Shown here one piece after another: positions 46,681 to 60,950 of a stretch of 64,000 nucleotides of DNA. Source of the DNA: Tubulanus polymorphus (Eukaryota > Animalia > Nemertea); the NCBI RefSeq assembly GCF_964204645.1, contig NC_134029.1:17230950-17294949 (forward strand), in the 5' to 3' direction. The stretch's first letter is position 1; the number at the start of each line of letters is the position of its first letter. The translations under genes and the position numbers were made by a program. Below the pieces are notes generated by a model. The model worked only from the letters and a program-made list of their open reading frames with translations. It was not told where the DNA came from and ran no database searches.

Positions 46681-49600
46681 TGTAAACGCCTTCCCTGTTA
46701 GACTACGAACGACGAAACGACTGTATTAGAAGACGTCTAGTTTATTTCTCACCCACAGTACAGGGCTCAACAGTATAAATACTTGTGTTCAATGATGTGT
46801 AAATCACAAACTGCTTTAACATATAAAAGAGAATTCATGCTTGAAATGGTATACACTGAATACAGTTAAATCCAGATTACAGCATTACAGTATTCACTAT
46901 TATAGTATTCACATCCTCCCGCCGCCAAATGGCAGTGTTTTAATACATATAAGAAGATTTTCAATTGGTCTTCATTAAAATTCAAGTATTCGTATACAGC
47001 ATATTACAACATCATACATACTTACAATTACATAATAGTTACAATATAAATTTTTCGTGAACCTCATTGATTACTCATTATCCTCCCGCCCCGCCAAAGT
47101 AGCGATCTTTCTACGAGCATCAATTGCAGCACGCCGTATTGGCCGTACGAAGGAATTAGTATCAATTGAAGAGTCATCGATTTCCTTATCAGGAACCGGA
47201 AGAGTAGAACATAAAATTTCCAATGGAAATAATTTAGATATTGGTCGTGATGTAAAACCTGAAGAAGTTTTCAATGAAACTGACCTAACCAAACCATCAC
47301 AACCCTTATGCAGCTCTGTTATAATCCCCAATCGCCACTTTGTACGAGGTCCCTCATCGTGAATTTGAACTACTTCACCTATCACCGGAGGGTTGAAACC
47401 ACGACCTTTGGTTCTATGAAAATCTCGTAAACTCAATAAATACTCATTCTTCCAACGTTTCCAAACACCATTAAGTAATGTTGATAGAAATTTTAATCTA
47501 TCAACCAACATAGAACGATCAACAATAAAATCGGGGTCTAATAAATCTTGGAAACGTCAGGATGAGGTAAAGTTGTTAATTTATGACCACACAAAAACAT
47601 AGATGGAGTTAACGGCTCTGGGTCTCCAATTTCTGTTGAAACGTATGTAATTGGTCGGTCATTTAAATGAGCCTCTATATCAATCAACAATGTATTCAGT
47701 TCATCGAAAGTGATCGAAGCTCTACCTAACACTTTCTTCAAACAGTTTTTAACAAGACCAACGATTCTTTCATAGAATCCACCGTGCCAGGGGGCACGTT
47801 TAGGTATGAATTGCCACATTATCCCGCGATCTGCCGAAAAGCGAGATACTTCTTCTGATGAGAATAATTTTTTAAGGATCTCATTTGCACAAGTGAAAGT
47901 TGAAGCGTTGTCCGAAATTAGGCGTTTAGGTAGAGATCGTCTAGCCACAAACCTTCTCAACGCTAACAAAAATTGCTCAGTTGTTAGGTCACGAACCAGC
48001 TCTAAATGAACTGCGCGGGTGACTGCACACGTGAACAAACAGACATGACATTTTCGATCACCATTTTGAGATTTAACAGTCATTGGACCAAGGTAGTCCA
48101 CACCCGTAAAATGAAAACAATTAGATTGCGTAACTCGACTAATTGGTAACGGAGGTGGATTCGGCAAGAAAAATGGTCGTCAATGTACTTTACGACAAAC
48201 CACACACCTCATCAGATAACGTTTAACAAGTTGTCTGATTTGAGGAATCCAATACTTCTCACGAATTTTGCAAATTGTAGAGCTCAAACCGTCATGTAAG
48301 TTGTCGAAATGAGCACGACGGATAAATAATTTCGTTAAATCATGATACTTAGGGAGAAGTATTGGATCCTTCGCAGTATCCGGTATCGGTGCGTTTCCGA
48401 AACGCCCGTGACAACGAATTATATCATTTCTATCTATGTACAGTTGTAACTGATTAATGATAGGTAAGCGGTGTGAACCGTTTTTATTACATATTAACTG
48501 TTCTCTAATTTCCGAAAACTGCTCAAATTGCATGGCTTTAACTATCTTAATATCTGCATTCTCAATTTCTTCAGCCGTAACTGAAGATGTAACACGTTCG
48601 CTCACTGCTGCACGGCAGTTAGATATAAATCGATAAACTAATGCTGTAACTCGTAAAAGTTTCGTCAAAGACGAATGTTCTCTAGCAAATAAAAAGTCGA
48701 GCATATGACTCCTATCTTCTGAAACAGGAGATTTAAGATTTTGCTCTCCTATTGTTGATGATGAATGAAGCGCCAGAAGTGATAGTGATGTAACCTTGAT
48801 GTAACCTCTAGACCTTGACAATATCAGTGTACTTTCAGTACCACACTTAAGATACGAGACGGCACCGTATGCCATCTTGCTGGCATCCGCAAATGTATGC
48901 AGTTCTATCCTATCTGAATCCCTGTTATGAAAGTAACATCTTGGAATATGAAAATCAGAAACTACATTTAATTCGGATGCTATTTGCTTCCATTGTTGAC
49001 ACAGATCAGAAGGCAATGGCGTATCCCAATCAAAGTTTTGTCTCCACAAATTTTGAGCGAAAATCTTTGCCTTTATAGTCAATGGAGTAATCAAACCTAA
49101 AGGATCGTAGATTTTTGACAAGTTCTGGATAACTACCCTCTTAGTTAAAGGCACATAAGGATCAATAAATTTTGGTTTTAGAGATACAGTGTCTCGATCT
49201 GTGTCCCAACGAATGCCAAGCGAGTCTATAGTCAAAGAATTCTCTAAGACGCCATCTATACCGGCGAGCTTGCGAATTTCTTCGCTATTTGACGACCAAG
49301 GTCTTAAATTGAATCTGCCGTCAGCTAGTATCTTACGTGACTGTGTGTAGTAAGTTTTGGCGTCAGCTTCAGAAGGAACTGAAGTCAAAACGTTATCAAC
49401 GTAAATGTTCTTACTTAAATTAGAAGAAGTCTCATTACGATTCTGTTTCAGATGATGCAGTACTGTGCTATTCAAAATGAAAGGAGATGAAGTTGCTCCA
49501 AATAGCACTCTTTTGAAACGGTATATTTCAAATTTTGAATTTGCATCATCTGCATTACTAAGCCAGAAAAATCTAGTCGCATCCCTGTCTTTCGGATGTA

Positions 49601-52422
49601 AGCCAATCTGCAAAAAAGCCTTCTCTATGTCGGCGGCCAATCCGACGTCAAAGAAACGGAATCTCAATAGAATTGATGTCAATTCATTTAATAAAGAAGG
49701 GCCCGAATCAAGACAATCATTAAGGCTAGGATTATCCGAAGTCCGAAAACCGCAATCGAAAACGATCCGAATTGGCGTGGTTTTTGAATCTCGAAAGACA
49801 GGGTGATGCGCCAAATAGTGGATTCTATCAGACTTTGATAATTCAGAATCTGACACTTTCTCGATAAACCCTTTCTCTAATTGATCAGAGATTATGTTAG
49901 AATACACTCTCAGCATATCTGGAGTTCTCGCTAAACGTTGCAAAGTACCACGAGTACGGTTTGTGACTGCATTGTAATTGGTTGGCAGAGGAGGATGATC
50001 CTCTCGCCACGGAAACTTTGCTTGGTACCTGTTATCCCTTTCTTTATCGATATAGTTTGAACAGTAATTATCAAGAAATTTCTGATCGGAATCATGTGTA
50101 CACTCTGGCATTATACCTATAGACTCTAATGACCAAAAATCCGATGAATCAGGTTGAGAAGTAAGATTGATTAAAACATTAATCGAATGAAATAAAGAAA
50201 GGTCAACAGGGCCAGCAATCAAATAACCTAATTTAGATTTTAGAGCAATCGGGCCAGATTTCGTTCGAATAATTTCATCACAAATGAACTGATAATAGAA
50301 ATCTGCACCGATGAGTAACTCAACCTCAAAATTCTCAGAATGATCGATAGAATGGGCTAACGTAAGCCCTTTAAATTCGGGTATTTCAACAGTACTAGCA
50401 GGTACCAATAGTGGTTCAGTAATCTCGTCTATCACTAAAGCTTGAATAGTAACAGTCGAGCCATCTATGCAATGGACACGAATATCAACAACATCAAAAT
50501 ATCGTATCTGAGAGTTAGAACTAAATGCCGAAACTTTCAAACTATAACGAGCGTAGATTTCTAAATCTAATGAGTCTACAACCTTCCTAGATACAAACGT
50601 TCTTTGTGACCCGTCGTCAAACAAAATATTACAAATTTTAGATTCATTTTGACCTGCAATTCTAGCTACTGCTGTTTTCAACAAAACAGAACTAGCCTGA
50701 ACTGAATGATTATTTGAACTCTCATATACCGATGAATCTGTACAATTATAGTGATTGACTGACAGTGTAGGTTGTTTCGGTTCGGTTTGGGTGATGATTG
50801 TAGAATCACCTGGCGCATCTCTAGACTCCGGTAGAACTATATTACCGTAATTCGAAGGTTTGATTTCTGGAGTAGGAGAAATGATACCTTGTGTACGTAG
50901 TTGATGAGTTTTCTCTCGAGTAAAACATAGACTTGAGTGATGTTTCTTCGAACAAAAACGGCAGCGGCCAGATGATTTACAATCTTTCACTGGGTGATCA
51001 CCCAAACAGTTGAAACACCTCCTTGCTTCTCTAACTAATTTCAACCTCTGTTGAATATCGGTGACAGTAGGGCAATCTGAAGAAAAATGTGCAGAATTAG
51101 TACAGAAAATACAAAACTTTCGTTTCTCTCTTGAAAATCTCTGACTTTGATAAGTCTTTCTGGGATTCACTGACTTGGCGTTTGTCAGTAACGAGGTAAC
51201 ATCAGCGTCACATGCAAGCTTAGAAGAGGAAACTTCATTGAATTTATCGCACGATTCGAATATTTGTAACTCCTCTAATATGGCACAACGAAGTTCATCT
51301 AATGACCAATCGGAATGTAACTTGTTACACGAACGGGCGATTGTTCGACGAAAATTTAGCGGCAATTTTTCCAACATAATTGGCACTAATAACGAGCCAT
51401 ACGAGGATGGTGATCTACCGACGGACTCCAGATGACGAATATAACTTTCGGTTTGATCATAGAAATGTCTCAGTGATACATGATCGTTGGATGGAGGAGA
51501 TATTTCTAATAAAGCACGTAAATAACCTTGTTCAATTTTCTGAGACTGGCCGAATCGCTGCTTCAGTAATTTAATGGCTGTACGATAATTCTCTTCGGTT
51601 AATGGTAACCCGTCTATACAGCCTTTTGCTTCTCCTAATAACTGACATTTCAAATATGCAAATTTTTCGACATCAGAGAATGAACTGCTACTATGTACTG
51701 CAGCGTCAAACAGACCCCAGAAGGTTTGCCAGTTCAAAATATTCCCGTCAAACTTGGGTAATTGTAATTTCGGTAATGTCGATTTTTGAATATCAGATGT
51801 ATACCTTTTCGGAGTAGATTCAGTTTTCGTGAGTTTTTCTATTCCTTTTGAGTATGTCATTATTTCTCCAAATAAACCAGATAAATACGTCTCACCTTCC
51901 ATCACGTGCGACGTTATATCTTCATCGGACTCCAGAAGTTCAAGTAACTGTGCGTCGATGTTTTCCAGTTGCATCAATTTCCGCTTGAGAGTTTCTAATG
52001 CAATGGTTGCTTTCAGGACATCTTGTTTTTCGACGTGGGTTTTCACATCCCCTAGAATTTTTGTCGCCACTCCACGGTTTGCCGTTCTGCTGGCTTTCTG
52101 CTTTTTCAAAGAATCAGACATCTCGGATTCAGACTCGGATTTCACGTAGCAGTTTTCTCAGTTCTACAACTCTACGGCTCGAGGGACCATGTAAACGCCT
52201 TCCCTGTTAGACTACGAACGACGAAACGACTGTATTAGAAGACGTCTAGTTTATTTCTCACCCACAGTACAAGGCTCAACAGTATAAATACTTGTGTTCA
52301 ATGATGTGTAAATCACAAACTGCTTTAACATATAAAAGAGAATTCATGCTTGAAATGGTATACACTGAATACAGTTAAATCCAGATTACAGCATTACAGT
52401 ATTCACTATTATAGTATTCACA
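46681..52422 (-). mobile_element. BEL/Pao LTR retrotransposon with both LTRs, recent insertion
   Basis: 233-bp TG..CA LTRs at 46681-46913 and 52190-52422 with 1 mismatch seen; TSD gctag; PBS tggtccctcgagcc (tRNA-Tyr-like) and PPT ggcggcgggagga on the minus strand. Confidence 0.97.
47071..52145 (-). pseudogene. Pao gag-pol polyprotein (gag zinc knuckles, aspartic protease, RT, partial RNase H, integrase), disrupted
   Basis: LPKLQLPKFDG, CFNCLGDH, ILFDDGSQRTF, ADIEKAFLQI, YVDN, FADAS, GVDYLGP, SDNA and GGFYER; stop at 48180 and frameshift at about 47538. Confidence 0.93.
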
Positions 52423-53494
52423 GCTAGCACTTAATTTGGGTTATCAGGTTCAGCCTAACTGTACTTTCATTCAGCTACTACTTGTATGAGACTTGGCAAT
52501 GATAAGTTGCAAGAAATCACCAAACATAAAAAAGAATATTTTGAATTAATATTACTGTAATTAAGAATTTATTCAAATGAAGTGATAACTTCTTTGTTAG
52601 ATCGTACCGGTATATGCACAGATAGTGCCAGTATATGCACATAAAACAAAAAAAAACACATCTAACAATCCACGCAATCCGCAATCGATCAAGTCGAACA
52701 TGACGACGACCTTAAGGCATGTCTCTGTAACCGAAGGTAGAGCATAAAACACGGTTCAGGACTCGTCAGCGGACACCAGCCCGGAAAAAAATTCAAAACG
52801 TGTATTGTCGGTACCTAGCACGATTTCAGCGTTTTTCGGGAATTCCCTGAAATTTCGGCGTTTTTTGGAAATTCCCTGAAATTTCGGCGTTTTTATTTCA
52901 GCGTTTCAGCTTTTCAGTGTTTCAGCTTTTTCAGCGAAGTTCAGGAACCGATCTATCGACCCAGCATGTGCTTAAAGATGAGCTCTTAATAGGACAGATC
53001 CATTTTTAAGGATGGTGATAATACAGTATCATGATGTTTGAATGCCAAAATAAATGCCTGGTCAAATAAATCAATATTTGTGATTGTACGTCCGCGAAAG
53101 ATCGGTTTCAAAGCTGAATCATATTTGATGTTTACACAGCATATTAGGTTCGAATCTGTCAATGCATTTTATTCTATGTATCGATATTTCAATTTACTAC
53201 AATTCCCATCATTCTGAATGGCTTTGCAGAAAACCCGTCATCGCTGCTTAGCAGCTATACTTATTATTATCATTATTTTTATTTTTATTATTATAATTAT
53301 GCTTTCCTCTGGTTGCCCTGCTGTTATTTTACATCAGTTTATATATGTTTGTGTGAATCAAATTAATCATCTATTGTCATTTTGTCTGGTATTTATTTAT
53401 TGATGTAAATTATTAAGGAAATGAATAAATACATCTAAATCTAAAAATCTTTTTCACATTGGATCGTACTGAAAGGATACAACTGCAATTTACT

Positions 53495-56258
53495 TTAATA
53501 ATAATTTATTTTTCATTTAACTACATTTCCACGAATAATCACAATACAGAAAAATGTAAAGTAAAGTTAAATGAAGGTAACAGGGAGAACCTTAGGGGCT
53601 GTACAGGTCACTGCACCTAGGTGCCTAGAGTGCAAGAGTGCAAGTGCGGCGAATTGAGTAGATAGTAATAACAATAGTAATAATAATAATAATGATAATA
53701 ATAATAATTATTATTATTATAGTAAAGTATTACTGTAATAGAACGAACAAAAGTCCACAAAAATATCAGTTGAATAAATAAAAAAACAAAGAACAAAAAA
53801 AAAATAAATAAAACGAAAAAGTCAAATAGTGATATGAATAAATCATAATTGAATAAGACGGAAAAATTACAAGGGACATTTAGCTTGCCCTTGTGAAAAA
53901 ACTAGTACTTTGTAAACGCCTGAGTTTTGACCCTACTGATTAAAGAATGTAATGATGGCGCAGACTTGATATTGTTTTGTTGAATCTGCCATAACAGAGG
54001 CACTCTGGTGAGAAATGATTGGTTAAAAATATGCGATTTGTGGGGATGAATTCTTGGGTAGTGTCTACTTCTTGTATTATAATTGTGACTAAATGAATTT
54101 GTGTTCAAAAGAGCTAAGATGGGCTCTGGAAGAGTTTTTTTTAGCAAAACCATATCCTACTTTGAGGAGTTCGAGTGTAATCATGTCTTCAAATTTCAAA
54201 ATCTTGTATTTACGAAAGAGGGGGGATGATGGTGCATTGAATCTTGCTCCATCAATGGCTCGGACAGCTTTTTTTGTAAGGTGTTGACAGTTTTTAGATT
54301 TGCTTTGGAAATTAAAGGACCCCACAGCGATAAACAATATGAAAGATGCGAATTAATATATCTAGAATAAAGTAATCGTTTAGAACACAATGGTAAAAGG
54401 TTTTTGACTGATTTCAATAAATAGATGTTTTTGTTTAGTTTTGAACACAATGATTTAATATGACTGTCGAATGACAATTTATTGTCAACAATAAGACCTA
54501 GAAATTTATTGGATTGTACAGAATCAATTTTACTCTCTCCAAATTTTATGTTGGGATTAACGATGGTGCAATTTCTTGGTTTAACAAAGAGTCCAGCAGT
54601 TTTTGAAATGTTTAACGTTAATTTATTTGCCATAAACCATTCAATAACAACTGCAGATTCGGCGTTAATATTCTTTGAAATTGTTTCGATATTTTTGCCG
54701 CTAATTGTCAGGGTCGAATCATCGGCAAACAAAATACCTTTACAAAATTCTAGGTTTTTACATAGGTCATTAGTGTACAACAAAAAAGTAAGGGTCCAAG
54801 CACTGAGTCCTGAGGGACCCCATAATCTACTATGCAAGTATCGGAGTTGTAATTATTATAACTCGTATACATCTTACGGTCCGTTAAATAACTGGTGAAC
54901 AATTTCAATGCAATCCCACGGACACCATAATGCTGGAGTATTGCAATTAAAATATCTGTATCCAAGGAGTCGAAAGCTTTCGATAGATCAAGAAATACCC
55001 CAATTGTTGAATTTGAATTATCTAATCCTCTAATGCAGTTCCCTAGAAATTCCATAATTGCATGAACAGTCGAGTGTGAGTTTCGGAATCCATATTGGCT
55101 TGAATAAAGGATGTTATTTTTTGTTAGAAATGAGTAAAATCTATCACGTATAATTTTTTTCCAGTAGCTTGGAAATTGTTGGTAGCAATGAAATTGGTCT
55201 ATAATTAGTCAGGAGATGTTTGTCATTACCTTTGTGGAGAGGGATTACTTTCGCTAATTTCATTTGGGCCGGAACAATACCATCAGAAAGAGATTTATTG
55301 AAGATTGTGGTCAAGGGTTTAATTATTTCAGCAGCGATACGCTTCAGGATATTATTGTTAATTTCATCATGACCGGCACTATACTTATTTGGCAATAAAT
55401 TTATATGTTTAAAAATCTCTTCTTGGCTTGTTGGCATAAAAAAAATTGAGTTGGGGTTACTTTCTCCAAGGAAGGAATCAAATCGTTTTTTGGTTACAGG
55501 TATTCTATTGGCATACTTTTTGCCAATAGTACTGAAGAATTTGTTGAAGCTATTTGAAATCAAAGTTGGCTCGGTGACAGGTTTATCATCAATCAAAAAT
55601 GTATCTGCAATAACTGATCGTTTATCATTACATTTGCCAATCGATGACTTGAGAATGTTCCAAAGTTTGCGACTGTCATGTCTGAAAGATTCAATTTTTT
55701 AGAGTAATACAACTTTTTGGCTTTACGCTTGAGTTGATTGAATTTATTTCTGTACTGTATATAATTCTGGTAACGTAAGGATGTTTTATCAGCGCCGATA
55801 CATGTACTGTATAACCTGTGACATTTATTGGAACTTTTCATTAGACCTTTTGTCATCCAGGGATCAATTATCGTGGTTGGTCGAATCCGTTTTGGTTGTT
55901 TAGGAGAAAACTTGTCAATAGTATTTTGTAATTCTATCGTAAATGAATCATACGCATTTTACTATTCATATTTTTAAGGTAGCTCCAATCAATTCGTACT
56001 AAATTCTGTCGTATTTGGTTTACATTAAAAGCGTTTAAATTTCTAACGTAGCTATCTCCTGATTGTATGTTACTGTACATTTCCTCTTCAATTGCCAATA
56101 AGCAGGGAAAATGGTCAGATAAGTATGTAAGAGCTATAGCTGCTTTCACGGATGAGATGTATTGACTAACGTAAATATTGTCAATAAGCGTAGCGGTTGT
56201 CGGTGTCACTCTAGTAGGCTTTGTGATACTAGGCAATAGACCATGAACTTTCACTGTC
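53495..56258 (-). mobile_element. 5'-truncated non-LTR retrotransposon (CR1/L2-group, Crack/Daphne-like) ORF2 remnant with 3' UTR
   Basis: PTRVT..TATLIDNI and SDHFP (APE C-terminus), NYRPISLLP, FLDLSKAFD, GVPQ.SVLGP, FADD and KFLGL; many frameshifts. Confidence 0.9.
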
Positions 56259-57864
56259 GGTGAAACCCTTTATCACAAGTACTACGCTGCATTGACAAAT
56301 ACTATATTATATTAATAAGAACTCAACTGTTTACTCACCGTGAGCCTCTAAACATCGAAATTTAAGCCCGTTTCAAACAGTATCCATCTACGTATGTGTA
56401 TTGCCTACGTGTCTTTCCCATAGCGCGTCAGTACGTGTGTTTTTGTCAGTGTCCCTATAAGCATTGATAGAGCTGGTGTACTAGATCTGGAGTTTTTTGA
56501 CGCCTTATAAAACGTTACCATTATGAAACCTAAACAATGTCAACCATTCAGCGTCATTTTACAAACGACAACCGTAAATCGATGTGCAAAGCGTCACAGG
56601 TCTATGTCTACGTCACATACAAGCTATTTGGCAAAATATTATTGACTAAGATGTAAAATGGCTTCCTGTGATTATATAATGACCTCTATTTGAACGTCGA
56701 AATGTTATATTGCATTGAATATCATTAGAAGACGTATTGTAATAGTAAAGGATGTATGAAAAATGATATGAGAAATGATAAGTAAATCGGATTATTCGGT
56801 TGAACGGCGAATGTATACACGATACAGAAGTTTGATATAAAAGTCAGACCCTGACATGGGGATGCTTTTGGAATGACGAAGCTATCTACGATCTGTGTAG
56901 GGCCGGCGTGAATTTCATCAGCGGCTACAAGCGGTCCATATAAAAAAGTATTTCAATATTCAAATGTTCTAGAAAATATGTTCGATATTAGGGGAATGCA
57001 GGTTCCATGATTTTAGCAATGTATAATAGCATGTATAATAACATAGCTGTCATATATGGCTCCACGTCCTCTGATGGCATGTGTATTAATTAGGTGACAA
57101 TTCATTTCTTAATTGATCCTTATTACATTGAAATTCCGGGATAAAATTCCCAAATTCAATAAAGTTACAAATTTTAAAATAAGAAAACACAACATTCAAG
57201 ACACACGGGTAGTTCATACAGAATAACTTAAACAAGTAATGTTCAATAATGTCTACTTCAACACTCAGATCAAGATAGGATATCGAGTGACAGCCAAACC
57301 AGGCTGGCTGGCTAGGCCACACGATATGCTCGAAGTCATGATGAAGCAGACATCAGAAGAGCTCTTTCTTCAATCATGGAGGCAATTAAGTTGCATTGAC
57401 AATTTTCAATAAAAGAATTAAACCACTACTCAGTACCGTCGAAGACCTGTATCATCTACCCAATCGCCAAATGTCATTATTCCCCAAATTTCTTAAAACT
57501 TCGATTTCAAATTTGCATTTCCACATTAGATTATCCCAGAAAATTTCGCAGGCGTCAAATAATTTATTAAAATTAATTTTCTTGTTTAGTATTTTCATCT
57601 CTTCTTCTATATATGTGGCGCACTGAATGAGGTCAGTCTCGAGTGAACGCAACTGAGGAATTTTCATAGCTTGTTTGTGCCGCATCCTTGGATAGAGCTA
57701 ATGAATGCAGCTATCTATACGCGAGAGCCTGGATAACTATATTCTGCCACAGGCACTTGAATATGGGCTTTGACCTTGTTGGTGTGTAAAAATGATAGAA
57801 TTTATCGTAATCTACGATAAAAACACCAATGGGGTTGCCATCTTAATTATCCATGATGCAACTG

Positions 57865-58285
57865 TTTTACCCATGATCCAATGCGCACCCCTCGTCTAAC
57901 TATACTATACAGAAAGGCTGGAAACGCTCCTATCTCCGTAATGCTTAATTAAATCTACCAGCAAATATCGGGACAGATGACGTCACAGCAATCCCGAAGA
58001 GGCATCGCGAATTTTCAAAATCAATTTTGTTGCCAGTTAAAATCTTTAATGGAGCTAAAACAGTGTCAATGTTTCCAAAAAATCGTCTACAATTGAAATT
58101 ATGGGCGCCCCTTATCATTCAGGATTAAAATTGACACTTGGGACGTACTTCGGCAATCATCGGCAGTGTTCGGCTGTCCCGATAATTTTGGGTAGATTTA
58201 AGAGATTTTACGGAGATAGGATCGTTTCCAGCCTTTCCGTATAGTATAGTTAAACGACGGGCGCGCGTTGCATCATGGGTAAAAT
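57865..58285. mobile_element. Palindromic MITE-like element
   Basis: Arms of about 115 bp (ttttacccatgat...aactatactatac.gaaaggctggaaacg.tcctatctccgtaa...atcgggacag) are inverted at 58172-58285. Confidence 0.75.
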
Positions 58286-58659
58286 ATTATAAAACATGGC
58301 GGATTATCGAAGTAGGAACAACGTATCGCTGGTGAATTATTAAATATTTATCCATTATCAAAGCCCATATTCAAGTGCCTGTGATTCTGCTAACTTGACA
58401 ATATTCCTATACGGATTTGCTTGAAACTTTCTTGAGATGTACGGAACACAGGTACCTTTTACTCTTGAAAAGTCTGACATCGAAGAGTTACTGTGTGAGA
58501 AAAATGTTTGTGTTTGAGTTTTTACCTTCGGCCGAGCACGAAAGTTGTTCAAGACAGCCCGGAGGCTAAAAAAGTCAGTGGCACGCCCTATCGCGATTAA
58601 CCGTTTGGGCTCTACGGGCTCGAAAATGGGACCGCAAATTTTTGAGATTTTTGTTGCTA

Positions 58660-59540
58660 GCTCCTTAACCATTGGAGATAGAATCGTGGTTGCATGGAGT
58701 GATCAGTAGCCCTTGACAAGACGCTTGTATTGATGTATGGTATAACTATGTAACTCATATGGTTCTCCAGTAGCGCCACCTATAAGATGCTGGAAAACGC
58801 ATTTTCATCTATATCGACTAAAGGTATCAATGGATTTCTATAAAAATTGTTACACATGTACCTAGTTACTAAATGCAACGAACCCCTGACATGATTAGTT
58901 CCTATTTTAACCACAAGGGGGCGTAAATTTTGGAAAAATCGATTTCAGCATCCATTTTTCGCATGTAATGCGGTCTGTTTATTATAAAAATCACAAAAGT
59001 TGGTATATGTACAAAGACATGTGTGTAATATGCCAACTTGCATGATTAGTTCATTCAACTGCCACCAGGGGACTGTGAAAACAACGATTTGCTCCTAGGT
59101 CCTTAACCGTTGGCGATAGAATCGAGGTTGCGATGTGTGTTTAGTAGCCCTTTACAAGACACTTGTATTTATGTATGGTTTGAGTAGGTAACTCATATGG
59201 TGCTCCAGTAGCGCCACCTACAAGTTGATGGAAATGCATTTTCATTGATATCTACTGATTTAACGGAGGGATTTCAATGAAAATTGATACACATGTACTT
59301 GGATATAAGATACAACTAACCCCTCACATAATTAGTTCCTATTCTAATCACTAGGGGCGTTAATCTTGAAAACTAATTCTAGCATCCGTTTTTTACATGA
59401 AATTCTGCCATTTTATTATAGATATCACAAAACCTAGTGTGAGTACATGTACATAGGTATAGTAAGCTAACCAGCTAAATGTGTTGATGCAACAGCCACG
59501 AGGGAATGGAAACCCGTTATCACTGCTTTGCAGCTATATT
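58660..59540. mobile_element. Second copy (opposite orientation) of the Helentron-like repeat at 25444-27290
   Basis: ctccagtagcgccaccta units at about 58765 and 59203; ends gaaacccgttatcactgctttgcagctatatt. Confidence 0.65.
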
Positions 59541-60769
59541 TGTACTTCTTCTACCGATGGTAACATTAATGAACAATAAAGTAATTGAATTGAATTGAAT
59601 TGGTAAAGCGGGTCAGCATCGCTGCATGTAGTGGCGTACACGTGCGCTTAAACATTCACTGCGGGCATGCTGTATAGCAACAGCGTCATGTCAGTGTTTA
59701 CTGCTGTGGAAGTGTAAGAAAATGCGCGCCTGCAGTTCCCTTCCGATACTCGTATTAACCGTGCTCATATTGGCGCGCGCGTTATGAGTACGTTTTGTTT
59801 AACCACGGTGTTTGAATAAAAAAAAACTTTTTAATGAATTATCATTTAACAGTTATTATTAGTGATGATGACTAAGAGCGCTGCCTTTTTGTTTTAACAA
59901 ATTTGTTAACAAAAATTCATTGACTCTTAGAAATAAACACAATGCATTCAAAACTTTTAATTTCTTCTTTGGTGAATTCTCCTTTATACTGATATTCTAA
60001 AGGAAACTACTGATAGTGATTTTATGATATAAAACTACTGATTCTTAGTTGGAAGCTGCCGAATGACAAATATTCATTCAAACTACTGATGTGAGCTGAT
60101 TTTTCCGGTGACAAATACACAGTATTACTGATGTCGAAATTTTGGTTATAGATCTTACTCTCAATCGCTGAAATATTCCAATACAAACAAGTTTATGTGA
60201 ATTCATAGTTTATTTCTAAATTCGAAATCCTCAATGAATACATAGATTATGTACCGGCGATTATTTACGAAATTATGGATTGAAACGTTGCACGGATCCG
60301 TAGGCCTAGCTAATAACTGATTGTTATGATAATATCATTTGTTTGATAATGTTGAAGTATAAGTTAAAAACCCGAATCGTAGAGATCTTTTTGGATATTT
60401 CTTTTTCCTTCTCTGGCATCTTATTTTCCCCTTCTTAGACTTGGAAGTTAATAAAAGAAATTTATCATTTCTATCAGATCTGAAAACCTCATCTGTCTCT
60501 ACTGGGGACTCTAGTGCACTGTCACGAGCACCATCAACCCAAAATGAACCATCTTCACTTACATTCCCTGTTCCAGCACCTGCACAGTACCTGTGTCAAA
60601 ACCTGGACCAGCTTATGCTTCTTCTAGTTCTGGTAGCACTAGCAAGGCGAGTAATAATTTAGTAATCTGAGCAATGATGAAAGACCTTCTAAACGAAAAT
60701 CTTTACGAAGGAGCTGCTGAAAATTTACATGTGCATAACCATGTGTAATGCAATAACTTAAGTTGAAAG

Positions 60770-60950
60770 GACTTGTCAAAAAATGAAAAAGGACGTCTGA
60801 AGCCACTCAAACATAAATTCATCCATAACAAACTAGATACTGAAGGCAGTTTTTCAACACGTACAGGGTTCTGGTGGTTGGTATATATACTGTGAAAATG
60901 AAGGTATATGTTTTGTGTCCTATGTAAAACTATGAAAGGTAGCCGAGAAT
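60770..60950 (+). pseudogene. Fragment resembling the N-terminal zinc finger of a hAT/ZNF862-like transposase
   Basis: Reads HKFIH...TGFWWLVY..ENEG(M)FCVLCK across frameshifts. Confidence 0.4.

Larger units (their letters stand above)
44485..52950. mobile_element. Long-TIR (Mutator/foldback-like) DNA transposon containing nested insertions
   Basis: TIRs of about 230 bp (44485 to about 44718 and about 52718 to 52950) with internal gctgaaa repeats; exact 10-bp TSD atctatcgac at 44475-44484 and 52951-52960. Confidence 0.88.

Noticed and set aside
57086-57685. Two minus-strand ORFs that look like decayed coding sequence
   Set aside because: No recognisable domain; left unannotated.
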